DNA from: an uncultured Candidatus Rokubacteria bacterium
GTDB taxonomy: Bacteria; Methylomirabilota; Methylomirabilia; Rokubacteriales; CSP1-6
NCBI GenBank assembly: GCA_963758635.1
Contig: CAVWWD010000007.1
Coordinates: forward strand, 384,001 to 448,000
Reading direction: 5' to 3'
Length of the DNA stretch: 64,000 bases
Shown: piece by piece, positions 53,006 through 62,846 of the stretch
Position numbering within the stretch: the stretch's first letter is position 1
How the letters are laid out: each line of letters begins with the position of its first letter
The notes under the pieces: model-generated
Databases searched by the model: none
What the model was told of the DNA's origin: nothing
The model's input: only the letters and a program-made list of their open reading frames with translations
Made by a program: the position numbers and the translations under genes

Positions 53006-54412
53006 ATGACCTCGGTGAACCCGTCGCGGTATTTCCTGATCGGGCTCGGCGTGCTGCTGATGGCGGCGCTGGTCGTCGTCGTGGGATTGAGCATCACCGC
53101 GGGGGAGCGGCCGGCGCGCGTGATGCCGGTGCAGGCCGCGGCGACGCCCACGCTGCCGTCGGAGGCCGGCATGTACGCGCGCGTGGACGCGGCCGCGGAG
53201 TACGCGGCCATGCCGCGCGAGGCGAACCGCAAGCGCACGCGCGCCGTCTACTACGCGCGTCGGGCCTATCCGGGCGCGCCACCGGTCATCCCTCACGCGG
53301 TCGACGAGCGCGACGCCGGCGGCCGGCTCTGCCTGGCCTGCCACGGCGACGGGGGCTGGGCCCCGCGCTTCGACGCCTACGCGCCCGTCACGCCGCATCC
53401 CGAGCTGATCTCCTGCCGGCAGTGCCACGTCCCCGTCTCGTCCACCGGGGCGGAGGGGCGCGTGAGGGGGGAGGGCGTGGGTCTCGTGAGGGGGTCCGCG
53501 AGCGGCTGGCAGACGACGGCGCCGCCCGCCCTCCGGGGCGGGGTCATGCCGGGCAGCCCCCCGCCCATCCCGCACGCGTTGCAGATGCGGGAGAACTGCC
53601 GCGCGTGTCACGCGGGCCCCGGGGCGGTGGACGAGCTCCGCACCAGCCACCCGGAGCGCGTGACCTGCCGGCAATGCCACGCCCTCGGCGCGCCGCCGGC
53701 GGCGGCCTTCGCGCGGCCCGGAGGGCGGGCGATGAGGCTCGTGAGCCTCGCGCATCAGACCAATGCCGAGCGGTGGGACTATAGGGGCCCGTGGCGTTAC
53801 CGTACCCTGCGAGGGTCACTCGCCGCGCTCGTGGCCGCGACGCTCTTCCTCGCGGCGTGCCAGGAGGAGCCGGCCCGGACGCCGGTGCTGCGGATCACGG
53901 AGCGCGCCCAGGCCCCGAACCCGAACGCGGGGCTCAGCACGGAGGCGTACCTGGCGGGTGCGCCGCGGGTGGAAGCCGCGGGCTATCCCGACCGTCCGCC
54001 GTTCTTCGTCCTCGCCCGCATGCCCGCCATCGAGAAGTTCCCGTGCGTCACCTGCCACACCGTCCCGCTGGAACGGATGCGCGGGCCCGCCGGCTCGCCC
54101 CGGCGCGCGCACTGGGGCGTGACGCTGCGGCACGCGCCGGCGGCGGTGATGAGCTGCGCGACGTGCCACACGCCCGACACCCCCGACACGTTGCGCACCC
54201 TCGAGCGCGAGCCGATCGACTTCGATCACAGCTATCAGGTGTGCGCCCAGTGCCACAGCCGCCAGGCGAGCGACTGGGCGAGCGGCGCGCACGGCAAGCG
54301 CGTGGGCGGATGGGCGCCGCCGCGGGTGGTCTTCGCCTGCGCCCACTGCCACAACCCGCATCAGCCGCGATGGGACACCAGGTGGCCCGCCGTGGCCGGG
54401 AGGCAGCAATGA
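53006..54412 (+). CDS. Multiheme cytochrome c: NapB-like tetraheme region joined to a second tetraheme region (possibly two genes)
   Basis: RRAYPGAPPVIPH and PPPIPH (NapB-like); eight CxxCH motifs; internal Met at 53732 and lipobox-like LFLAAC. Confidence 0.8.
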   Translation: MTSVNPSRYFLIGLGVLLMAALVVVVGLSITAGERPARVMPVQAAATPTLPSEAGMYARVDAAAEYAAMPREANRKRTRAVYYARRAYPGAPPVIPHAVDERDAGGRLCLACHGDGGWAPRFDAYAPVTPHPELISCRQCHVPVSSTGAEGRVRGEGVGLVRGSASGWQTTAPPALRGGVMPGSPPPIPHALQMRENCRACHAGPGAVDELRTSHPERVTCRQCHALGAPPAAAFARPGGRAMRLVSLAHQTNAERWDYRGPWRYRTLRGSLAALVAATLFLAACQEEPARTPVLRITERAQAPNPNAGLSTEAYLAGAPRVEAAGYPDRPPFFVLARMPAIEKFPCVTCHTVPLERMRGPAGSPRRAHWGVTLRHAPAAVMSCATCHTPDTPDTLRTLEREPIDFDHSYQVCAQCHSRQASDWASGAHGKRVGGWAPPRVVFACAHCHNPHQPRWDTRWPAVAGRQQ

Positions 54413-55530
54413 CGCCCTTACGTCCGCTTCCCCTGATACAGCCCCGCGCGGCGCACGGTCGCGGGGGATGCGCGTGCGGCGGTGGCGGGTGCGGATGCGG
54501 CGGCGACGACGGCGGGCTCGAGCGCGTCCGACAGCTCGCCGCCGCGACGCCCCCGCCGGAAGGCCTCGACCCGGGCGAGGACCCCCATCTGTCCGGCTTC
54601 CGCCAGCTCATGGAGCGCGAGGTGGATCGGCGCACCGCGCTCGGCGGCATCGCCGGCGGGCTCCTCGCGGGGCTCGGCCTCTTCCAGACCGCGTGCAACC
54701 CCGTCGCCTCCGCGGAGGCCCGCGAGCGCGCGGTGCTCGACTGGCAGGAGTACTTCCAGGGCAACTTCCGCCTGATGACCGACCAGGAGAAGACGGAGAC
54801 CGTGCGCCGCCTCGAGCGCCTCCACCAGCTGCGCACCGGCCAGCGCGTGGAGGTGAGCGCCACCCCCGCGCGGGCCGGCGTGCTCTACGGCTACGCCTTC
54901 AACATCTCGAAGTGCCGGGGCTACATGGACTGCATCCGCGGCTGCGTGAAGGAGAACAACCAGGACCGCCGCAGCGGCATCCAGTACATCCGCATCCACG
55001 AGCACAAGAAGGGGCAGATCGACTTCGGCCACGCCGAGGACAACTTCTTCCACGAGGTCCCCGCGGCCGGGCACTTCTACATCGGCACGCAGTGCTTCCA
55101 CTGCCAGAACCCGCCGTGCGTGGACGTTTGCCCGGTCAAGGCCACGTGGATGGAGCCGGACGGCATCGTGGTGGTGGACTACAACTGGTGCATCGGCTGC
55201 CGGTACTGCATCGCGGCCTGCCCGTACGACGCGCGCCGCTTCAACTGGGCGGATCCCGTCGTCCCCGCCGACGAGGTGAACCCGGACCAGCACTACCTGG
55301 GCAACCGCCTCCGGAAGCAGGGGGTGGTGGAGAAGTGCACGTTCTGCATCCAGCGCTCGCGCGATGGCAAGAATCCGGCGTGCGTCGAAGCCTGTCCGAC
55401 GGGCGCGCGCGTGTTCGGCAACCTCCTCGACCCCGACAGCGAGATCCGCTGGGTGCTCGCGAACAAGAAGGTGTTCCGCCTGAAGGAGGATCTCGGGACC
55501 GAGCCGAAGTTCTGGTACTACATGGACTGA
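54409..55530 (+). CDS. 4Fe-4S dicluster protein (NrfC/DsrO-like)
   Basis: CFHCQNPPCVDVCP, CIGCRYCIAACPY, KCTFC..PACVEACPTGARVFGNL, LGTEPKFWY. Confidence 0.9.
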   Translation: MTPLRPLPLIQPRAAHGRGGCACGGGGCGCGGDDGGLERVRQLAAATPPPEGLDPGEDPHLSGFRQLMEREVDRRTALGGIAGGLLAGLGLFQTACNPVASAEARERAVLDWQEYFQGNFRLMTDQEKTETVRRLERLHQLRTGQRVEVSATPARAGVLYGYAFNISKCRGYMDCIRGCVKENNQDRRSGIQYIRIHEHKKGQIDFGHAEDNFFHEVPAAGHFYIGTQCFHCQNPPCVDVCPVKATWMEPDGIVVVDYNWCIGCRYCIAACPYDARRFNWADPVVPADEVNPDQHYLGNRLRKQGVVEKCTFCIQRSRDGKNPACVEACPTGARVFGNLLDPDSEIRWVLANKKVFRLKEDLGTEPKFWYYMD

Positions 55531-55535
55531 CCGGC

Positions 55536-56786
55536 ATGAGCACAGCCACGGCTCCGCCGGCTCGCCCGACCCTCGTCGGCTTCCTCGTGGACGCCCTCCG
55601 CGAGGTCACGCGCGGCCACGCCGTCTACCACGTGTGGATGGCCACGCTCACGCTGGTGATGCTGTGCGGGGCCTTCGCCTACTCCCTGCAGCTCCGGGAG
55701 GGCCTCGCCGCCACCGGCATGCACGACCACGTGAGCTGGGGGCTCTACATCTCGAGCTTCACCTTCCTGGTGGGCATGGCCGCCGCCGCCGTCATCCTGG
55801 TGATGCCGACCTACGTGCTCCACGACCAGGACTTCAAGAGCGCGGTGCTGTTCGGCGAGGGCCTCGCGGTGGCCGCGCTCGTCACCGCCATCGGCTTCGT
55901 GGTGGTGGACGTGGGCGGGCCGGCGCGGCTCTGGCACCTCACCCCCGTCATCGGCATCTTCAACTGGCCGCGCTCGATGCTGGCGTGGGACATCCTCGTG
56001 CTCAACGGGTATCTCGCCCTGAACCTCTCGATCCCGTTCTACATCCTCTACAGCCACTACCGCGGCCGCGAGCCCAACCCGCGCTACTACGTGCCCGCGG
56101 TGTTCCTGTCCATCCTGTGGGCGGTGAGCGTGCACCTGGTGACGTCCTTCCTCTACGCGGGCCTCCCCGCGCGCCCGTACTGGCACACCGCGCTGCTCGG
56201 GCCGCGCTTCCTCGCCACCGCCTTCGCGGCGGGCCCGGCGCTCATGATCATCATCCTGGCCGTGATCCGCCGGAACACCGCGTATCACATCCCGGACGCC
56301 ACGCTCCAGAAGCTCGCGCTGATCGCGACGGTGGCCGCCCAGGTGTGCCTGGTGATGCTCGTCTCCGAGCTCTTCACCGAGTTCTACCGCACCACCCATC
56401 ACAGCGAGAGCGCGATGTACCTCTACTTCGGCCTCCACGGGCAGCGCGACCTCGTCCCCTGGGCCTGGACCTCGGTCGTCCTCATCGTGGTGGCCACCGC
56501 CTTCCTGAGCGTGCACGGCGTGCGCCGGACCCCCGCCCTCCTCTACACGTTCTGCGCCGTGCTGTTCGTCGGCGTCCTCATCGAGAAGGGCATCGGCACG
56601 ATCATCCCGGGCTTCGTGCCCGAGCCCTGGGGCAAGATCCCGCGCTACGTCCCGACCGGCGTGGAGCTGATGGTGAGCGCGGGGCTGTGGGCGCTCGGCG
56701 CCTTCGTCTTCACCGTGCTCGCCAAGGCGGCGATCCCGGTCGAGCTGGCGCGGATGGCCTCGCGGCCCGGCGCCCCGGGCCACTGA
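55536..56786 (+). CDS. NrfD/DsrP-family membrane subunit
   Basis: VSWGLYISSFTFLVGMAAAAV, DVGGPARLWH, SMLAWD, PRFLATAFAAGPA, IEKGIG. Confidence 0.9.
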   Translation: MSTATAPPARPTLVGFLVDALREVTRGHAVYHVWMATLTLVMLCGAFAYSLQLREGLAATGMHDHVSWGLYISSFTFLVGMAAAAVILVMPTYVLHDQDFKSAVLFGEGLAVAALVTAIGFVVVDVGGPARLWHLTPVIGIFNWPRSMLAWDILVLNGYLALNLSIPFYILYSHYRGREPNPRYYVPAVFLSILWAVSVHLVTSFLYAGLPARPYWHTALLGPRFLATAFAAGPALMIIILAVIRRNTAYHIPDATLQKLALIATVAAQVCLVMLVSELFTEFYRTTHHSESAMYLYFGLHGQRDLVPWAWTSVVLIVVATAFLSVHGVRRTPALLYTFCAVLFVGVLIEKGIGTIIPGFVPEPWGKIPRYVPTGVELMVSAGLWALGAFVFTVLAKAAIPVELARMASRPGAPGH

Positions 56787-56892
56787 GACGGGCGGCTTCT
56801 GACCATGACGACGGTACCGGCCGCGGCGGTCAAGGCTCGCTCCGCCGGCGAGGCGAGCGTACAGGCGGAGATCGGATGAAGGACCATCGAAC

Positions 56893-57957
56893 GTGAACTG
56901 GCTGCTCGCGCTGATCCCCGTCGCCGCCGTGCTCGATCGCATGGCGGCGCCGGCGCCCGTCGTCTTCCTCGTCGCGGCGCTGGCCATCGTGCCGCTCGCC
57001 GCGCTGATCGTCCGCAGCACGGAGCAGGTGGCGGAGCGCACCGGGCCCGCGGTGGGCGCGCTCCTCAACGCCACGTTCGGCAACCTGCCCGAGCTGATCA
57101 TCTGCGTCGTGGCGCTCCGGGCCGGCCTGGTGGACATGGTGCGCGCGTCGCTCGTCGGCGCCATCCTCGCCAACGTGCTGCTCGCGCTTGGCGTGGCGTT
57201 CATCCTCGGCGGGCGCCGGCATCACGTGATGGACTACAACCCGGCCGGCGCCCGGGCCTACGCGAGCATGCTCATGCTCGCCGTCATCACCCTGGCCATG
57301 CCCGCGGCCTTCCACCGGTTCCTCGAGGTGCCGGTGCCCGACTCGAGCCGCGCCGTGGACCTGGCAACGTCGCTGGTGCTCCTGGCGACGTACGTCTGCT
57401 ACCTCGTGTACATGATCGGCACGCACCCGGAGTTCTTCGCGGCGCGCGACGCGGGCGGGCACGGCGGGCATGGTGGGGCCACGTGGAGCGCGCCCCGCGC
57501 GGTGGGGACGCTGGTCGGCGCGTCCGCGGGCGCGGCGTGGATGAGCGAGACGCTGGTGGGCGCCGCCGAGGCCACCGGCCACGCCCTCGGGATGTCGCCG
57601 ATCTTCCTCGGCATGGTCCTGCTCGCGGTGATCGGCGGCGCGGCGGAGAGCGGCTCCGCCATCGCGATGGGGCGCGCGAACAAGCCGGACCTCGCGGTGG
57701 GGATCGCCATGGGCAGCTCGATCCAGATCGCGCTGTTCGTCACGCCGATCCTGGTGCTCTCGAGCGGCCTCTTCGCGCCCGCGGCGCTCGGGCTCGAGTT
57801 CAGCCGGCTCGAGATCGGCACGCTCTTCCTCGGGACGCTCATCGTGACGACCACGTCGGCCGACGGGCGGGCGACGTGGTTCAAGGGCGTCCAGCTCCTC
57901 GCCGTGTACCTCGTCATCGCGGGCGCGGTCTACTGGCTGCCCACGGCGGCGCGGTGA
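56893..57957 (+). CDS. Calcium/proton exchanger (CaCA family, Cax/ChaA)
   Basis: LLNATFGNLPELII, IGGAAESGSAI, GSSIQIALFVTP, WFKGVQLLAVY. Confidence 0.9.
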   Translation: MNWLLALIPVAAVLDRMAAPAPVVFLVAALAIVPLAALIVRSTEQVAERTGPAVGALLNATFGNLPELIICVVALRAGLVDMVRASLVGAILANVLLALGVAFILGGRRHHVMDYNPAGARAYASMLMLAVITLAMPAAFHRFLEVPVPDSSRAVDLATSLVLLATYVCYLVYMIGTHPEFFAARDAGGHGGHGGATWSAPRAVGTLVGASAGAAWMSETLVGAAEATGHALGMSPIFLGMVLLAVIGGAAESGSAIAMGRANKPDLAVGIAMGSSIQIALFVTPILVLSSGLFAPAALGLEFSRLEIGTLFLGTLIVTTTSADGRATWFKGVQLLAVYLVIAGAVYWLPTAAR

Positions 57958-57964
57958 CGGCGCC

Positions 57965-58700
57965 GTGACCGCCGCGACGGCGTCCGGAGCGACCGCGGGC
58001 CGCGGCGAGCGGACTTCGCCGCGCGTACCGCGATCATCGGTACGCGGTCCTCTTCTACGCGCTGCTGCTGACGCTCGGCGCGATGCCGTTCCTCACCGCC
58101 TTCGGCTTCAGCGCGGACGTGCTCCAGGTGTTCCTGGCGCTGAGCCTCCTCCTCGCCGTGCTCGACGTGCCCGATCAGCGCTGGCGGACCGTGCTCATGC
58201 TGCTCGCCGCCGTCGCGTTCGGCGTTCGCGCCGTGCCGCTCGCGGCGGTGGGGGCCGGCATGGCCACGGGCGCCCTGGTGGTGGTGAGCGGCATCGCGCT
58301 CCTTGCCGTGGTGAGCACCATTCGCTTCGCGTTCGGCGCCAGGGTCGTGGACAGCGAGCACGTGTACGCGGCGCTCAGCGCCTACCTGCTCGCCGGGCTG
58401 TTCTTCGGCCTCCTCTACTGGGCGGTGGCGCTGGCCTGGCCCGAGTCGTTCGCCGACGCCGGCCGTCCCGGGGCGGCCGGGTTCCCGCTGTCCACGGCCA
58501 TCTACTACAGCTTCGTGACCCTCGCCACGCTCGGGTACGGCGACGTGATCCCCCGGACCGACGTGGCGCGCGGGATCGCCGTGGTGGAGGCCGTCGCCGG
58601 CCAGCTCTACGTCGCGGTGATCATCGCCCGGCTCGTCGGCGCCCGGCTCCAGGCGCAGGAGCCGCGGGGAGACTCGACGCGCGGCGGCGGCTCCGCGTAG
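57965..58700 (+). CDS. Potassium channel family protein (frameshift near 58025)
   Basis: YYSFVTLATLGYGDVIP selectivity filter; GQLYVAVIIARLVG. Confidence 0.85.
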
Positions 58701-58801
58701 CGGCGGCGCGAAGTCGGCGCTGGGTGATCCGGGCCCGGTGCCGTATCCTACGGCGGGGAGTTTCGCAGATCCCACATCCGCGACGAAGAGGAGATGCCCG
58801 C

Positions 58802-59899
58802 ATGATCGAGTCCCGCCGTGCCGCCGTCACCCGACGCGAGTTCCTCGCCACTTCCGCGCTGGCCGCCGCGGCCACGTCCGTGCTCGGACCGGCCCATCTC
58901 GGCGCGCAGGCGCGCGTGACCCGGGTACACGACCTCCAGACGACCGCCGACCTGGCCAAGGCCGAGCAGGAAGGCGAGGTCGTCTACTACGGCCACGACG
59001 GCGAGGCGGGGATCGGCACGCTGCTGGACGCGTTCAAGAAGGACTTCCCGAAGATCAAGACGAGCTACGTGAGGCTCCAGACCGGCGCCCTCTACGCGAA
59101 GATCATCGCGGAGCGGTCGGCGGGACGCTTCGGGGTGGACGTGCTCCAGCTCTCCGACATCTCGCCGGCCATCGACTTCCAGAAGAAGGGCGGCTGGGAG
59201 GTGCACGTGTCGCCCGAGCTCGGCGGGTACAAGCCCGAGCACCAGTCGAGCCCGCCCGGCCACTACACGTGGGGCGGCGTCTCGTTCGCGGGGATCGCGT
59301 ACAACCGCAGCAAGGTGAAGCCGGAGGAGGCGCCGAAGACCTGGAAGGACATCCTCAAGCCGGGCTTCCGCGACGGCGTCAGCGCCAAGCTCGCCACCTC
59401 CGGCATGCAGCACGCGCAGTGGTACATCCTGCGCAAGCTCTACGGCGCGGAGTTCTGGCAGGAGTTCGCGAAGCAGCGCCCGAAGGGCTTCGACGCCCGC
59501 GCCCAGCTCTTCGACCGCCTCTCCAAGGGCGAGGACCGCATGTGCGTGCTCGCCGAGTACGCCGGGTACACGCTCTTCGCCGAGAAGGGGGCGGAGATCG
59601 AGTTCGTGGCGCCCGCCGACGGCCTGCCCGCCACCTCGTTCTTCATCGGCGTGGTGAACCGCGCCCCGCATCCGGAGGCGGCCAAGCTTTTCGTGGACTG
59701 GGCGCTGTCCAGGCGCGGCCAGGCCGTGTACCAGAACCAGAAGATCCTCCTGTACGGGTCGCTCCGCACCGACGCCGGCCCGATGCCCACCGGCAAGCGG
59801 CTGGCCGACTTCAAGCTCCTGTTCCCCACGGACTGGAACGACTACGTGGCGAGCCACCCCGTGTTCGTGAAGGAGTGGAACTCGATCATGGGGCTCTAG
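58802..59899 (+). CDS. ABC transporter substrate-binding protein (AfuA/FbpA-like), Tat signal
   Basis: TRREFL, AEQEGEVVYY, IAYN..PKTWKDIL, APHPEAAKLFVDW; GAGGAG RBS. Confidence 0.88.
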   Translation: MIESRRAAVTRREFLATSALAAAATSVLGPAHLGAQARVTRVHDLQTTADLAKAEQEGEVVYYGHDGEAGIGTLLDAFKKDFPKIKTSYVRLQTGALYAKIIAERSAGRFGVDVLQLSDISPAIDFQKKGGWEVHVSPELGGYKPEHQSSPPGHYTWGGVSFAGIAYNRSKVKPEEAPKTWKDILKPGFRDGVSAKLATSGMQHAQWYILRKLYGAEFWQEFAKQRPKGFDARAQLFDRLSKGEDRMCVLAEYAGYTLFAEKGAEIEFVAPADGLPATSFFIGVVNRAPHPEAAKLFVDWALSRRGQAVYQNQKILLYGSLRTDAGPMPTGKRLADFKLLFPTDWNDYVASHPVFVKEWNSIMGL

Positions 59900-59923
59900 C
59901 CCCGCCGGCCGCACCCTGGAGCG

Positions 59924-61660
59924 GTGGCCCAGTGCATTCCAGGTGCGACCGCTCGCGAGCGGCGCCTCGCAAGGCCGGCGGCTCGGGCCTCGCCAGGCGT
60001 CGTCAGCTTCGTGGTCGGCGGCGCCGCCGCCGTCCTCGTCCTCTATCCGATCGCGTACCTGATCCAGGCCTCGCTCAGCGTGGGCGACCCGCAGGCCCGG
60101 CCGCCCGAGGCCTACGGGCTCGACAACTTCACCGGGCTCGGCCGCTACGCCCACATCTTCGGCAACACGCTGCTCGTCGCCGCGGTGGCCACCGTGCTCG
60201 CCGTGGTCGTCGGATTCGTGATGGGCTGGATCCTCACGCGCACCAACGTGCCGGGCCGGGCCGCCTTCGAGCAGCTCATGGCCATGCCGTACTACGTGAC
60301 GCCCCTCATGGGCGCGCTGGCGTGGGCCCTCATCGGCTCGGCGAACAGCGGGTTCGTCAATGAGCTCTGGCGCGCGGTCGGCGGACGCGGCCACCTGATC
60401 GACATCAACACGCCGTGGGGCATCGCGTGGGTGATGGCGCTGTTCGAAGGCTCGGTCGCCTTCGTGATGATCGGCGCGGTCATGAAGTCGATGGACCCCG
60501 CCCTCGAGGAGGCGTCGCAGGTGCTGGGGGCGGGGCGGACCCGCACCATGCTGCGCATCACGCTGCCGCTGGTGCTGCCCGGGGTGCTGGGCGCGGCGGT
60601 ATTCGTGTTCGCGGAGATGCTGGGCTCGTTCTCCGCCGCCCTCGTGCTGGGGCTGCCGAGCCGCTTCTACGTGGTCACCACCGCCATGTACCAGCTCGTC
60701 TCGCAGTACCCGCCGCGCTTCCCCACCGCGGCGGCGATGGGCGTGTCGCTCTTCGCCGTGATGTTCGTCATGGTCTGGGCGTACCGGCGCATCGTGAGCA
60801 GGGGGACGTACGCCACCATCACCGGCAAGGCCTTTCGGCCCCGCGTGATGGACGTGGGGGGGCTCCGGTGGCCGTTCCTCGCGCTCTGCGTGGCGTACCT
60901 GTTCGTGGCGGTGGTCCTGCCCGTCCTGACGATCGTCTACGCCTCGTTCCAGCGCCTGACCACGGTGTTCCCGCGCCGCGACAACTTCACGCTGGCGAAC
61001 TACGCGATGGCGCTGTCGCTGGACGCGGTGCGGTCGGCGCTCTGGAACAGCCTGCTCCTCGGACTGGCCACCGCCACCATCGGCGTGGTCCTGATGGGCT
61101 TCCTCTCGTGGCTCATCTACCGCTCGCGCCTGCCCGGGGCCGGGGCCATCGAGTACCTGCTCATGTTCCCGCAGGCGGTGCCGCGGCTCGTGTTCGCGTT
61201 CGGCATGCTGTGGGCGTGGCTCGCGTTCCCGATCCCCATCTACGGCACGCTGTGGCTGCTCCTGATCGCGTACCTGACGGTGTTCCTGCCCCTGGGGCTC
61301 CGCACGATCTCCGGCGTGATCCTCCAGATCGACCGCTCGCTCGAGGAGTCGGCGCAGATGTGCGGCGCCTCGTGGGGGCACCGGCTCCGCACCGTCACCA
61401 TGCCGCTGCTCAAGCCCGGGCTGGTGGCGGCCTGGCTCCTCCTGTTCATCGCCAGCGTGCGCGAGCTGGGGGCGTCGATCCTGCTGATGGGCCCCAAGGC
61501 GAAGGTGATCACGCCGGCCATCGTCGAGTCGTGGTTCTCCACCAGCTCGGAGCTGACCGCGGCCCTGGCGCTGCTCCAGACGGTGGCGGTGGCGGCCGCG
61601 CTCGCCGTGCTGTTCGCGGTGGCGCGCCGGGCCGCCCAGCACGGCGGAGAGGGAGCATGA
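59924..61660 (+). CDS. ABC transporter permease (FbpB-like, two modules)
   Basis: [15 protein letters not shown] and [18 protein letters not shown] loops; many TM helices. Confidence 0.9.
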   Translation: MAQCIPGATARERRLARPAARASPGVVSFVVGGAAAVLVLYPIAYLIQASLSVGDPQARPPEAYGLDNFTGLGRYAHIFGNTLLVAAVATVLAVVVGFVMGWILTRTNVPGRAAFEQLMAMPYYVTPLMGALAWALIGSANSGFVNELWRAVGGRGHLIDINTPWGIAWVMALFEGSVAFVMIGAVMKSMDPALEEASQVLGAGRTRTMLRITLPLVLPGVLGAAVFVFAEMLGSFSAALVLGLPSRFYVVTTAMYQLVSQYPPRFPTAAAMGVSLFAVMFVMVWAYRRIVSRGTYATITGKAFRPRVMDVGGLRWPFLALCVAYLFVAVVLPVLTIVYASFQRLTTVFPRRDNFTLANYAMALSLDAVRSALWNSLLLGLATATIGVVLMGFLSWLIYRSRLPGAGAIEYLLMFPQAVPRLVFAFGMLWAWLAFPIPIYGTLWLLLIAYLTVFLPLGLRTISGVILQIDRSLEESAQMCGASWGHRLRTVTMPLLKPGLVAAWLLLFIASVRELGASILLMGPKAKVITPAIVESWFSTSSELTAALALLQTVAVAAALAVLFAVARRAAQHGGEGA

Positions 61661-61676
61661 CGCGCGGGGAACGAGC

Positions 61677-62768
61677 GTGAGCCAGGCGTCGATCGAGGTG
61701 CGGGACCTGGTGGTGCGCTACGGCGCGGTGGCCGCGGTGCGCGGCGTCACGTTCACGGTGGGGGCGGGCGAGCACCTCACGCTGCTGGGGCCCTCGGGGT
61801 GCGGCAAGACGACGACGCTCCGGGCCATCGCGGGGCTGGAGCGGCCCACGTCGGGCGAGATCCAGATCGGCGGCCGGCCGGTGTTCTCGTCGTCACCCGC
61901 GGTGAACGTGCCCGCGGAGCGGCGCGGCCTGTCGATGGTGTTCCAGTCCTACGCGATCTGGCCGCACATGAGCGTGTTCGACAACGTGGCCTACGGACTC
62001 CGTGTGCGGAAGCGGCCGGCGGCCGAGGTGACGACGCGCGTGCACGAGGCGCTGGACCTCGTGCAGCTCGGCGACCTCGGCGCGCGGAGCGCGTCGAAGC
62101 TCTCCGGGGGGCAGCAGCAGCGCGTGGCCCTGGCCCGCGCCTTCGTGTTCTCGCCCTCGGTGCTGCTCTTCGACGAGCCGCTCTCGAACCTGGACGCGAA
62201 GCTCCGCGCCGAGATGCGCGTGGAGCTGAAGGAGCTGCAGCGGCGCCTCGACATCACGTCGGTGTACGTCACCCACGACCTCGAGGAGGCGCTGGCCATC
62301 TCCGACCGCATCGTGGTCATGCGCGACGGCATCATCGAGCAGGTGGGGACGCCGGCGGAGATCTACGACCGGCCGCGGAACACCTTCGTGGCGGACTTCG
62401 TGGGCTCGGCCAACCTCATCCGCGGCCGGCACCGGCCCGACCTCGGCGGCGACGGGCTCGTGGTGCTGGAGACGCCGGGCGGCGCGATCGTGCACGGCGT
62501 CTCCGCCGACCGCCGGCCCGGGGCCGAGGCGCTCATGGCCGTGCGCACGGTGCGGCTCCGCCTGGATCGCGAGCGCCCGGCCGCCACGGTCAACGTCTGG
62601 CCCGCCCGCGTGCGCCGTCGCGTGTTCCAGGGCGACTTCACCCAGTACCACCTCGACTGGGACGGCCGCACGCTGATCGTCCGCTCCGCCGCCCCCGACG
62701 CTCTCTCCGAGGGCGACGCCGTCTTCGTCACCGCCGACCCCCGCCACTGCGTTCTCCTCGAAGATTGA
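61677..62768 (+). CDS. ABC transporter ATP-binding protein (FbpC/PotA-like, TOBE domain)
   Basis: [39 protein letters not shown]. Confidence 0.93.
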   Translation: MSQASIEVRDLVVRYGAVAAVRGVTFTVGAGEHLTLLGPSGCGKTTTLRAIAGLERPTSGEIQIGGRPVFSSSPAVNVPAERRGLSMVFQSYAIWPHMSVFDNVAYGLRVRKRPAAEVTTRVHEALDLVQLGDLGARSASKLSGGQQQRVALARAFVFSPSVLLFDEPLSNLDAKLRAEMRVELKELQRRLDITSVYVTHDLEEALAISDRIVVMRDGIIEQVGTPAEIYDRPRNTFVADFVGSANLIRGRHRPDLGGDGLVVLETPGGAIVHGVSADRRPGAEALMAVRTVRLRLDRERPAATVNVWPARVRRRVFQGDFTQYHLDWDGRTLIVRSAAPDALSEGDAVFVTADPRHCVLLED

Positions 62769-62846
62769 CCCCCCGGCGTTGCGCGAGGGTCTGGTGCGCG
62801 GCCGTGACATCTGGCGCGTCAGACCTGCTGACCCGCTGTTCAGGAG

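Noticed and set aside
50701..53238. Long antisense ORFs (this one, 58748-61642, 30336-32765, 25645-27999 and others)
   Set aside because: They are shadow frames opposite well-supported genes, with no recognisable motifs, as expected at high GC3.
2190..58700. Programmed ribosomal frameshifting or phase variation
   Set aside because: The shifts are scattered across unrelated genes without shared slippery sites or long homopolymers.
58802..62768. Calling the ABC system an iron, molybdate or tungstate importer for the metalloenzymes
   Set aside because: The family covers many substrates, and I see no ModA/TupA signature or clear Fe-binding motif.
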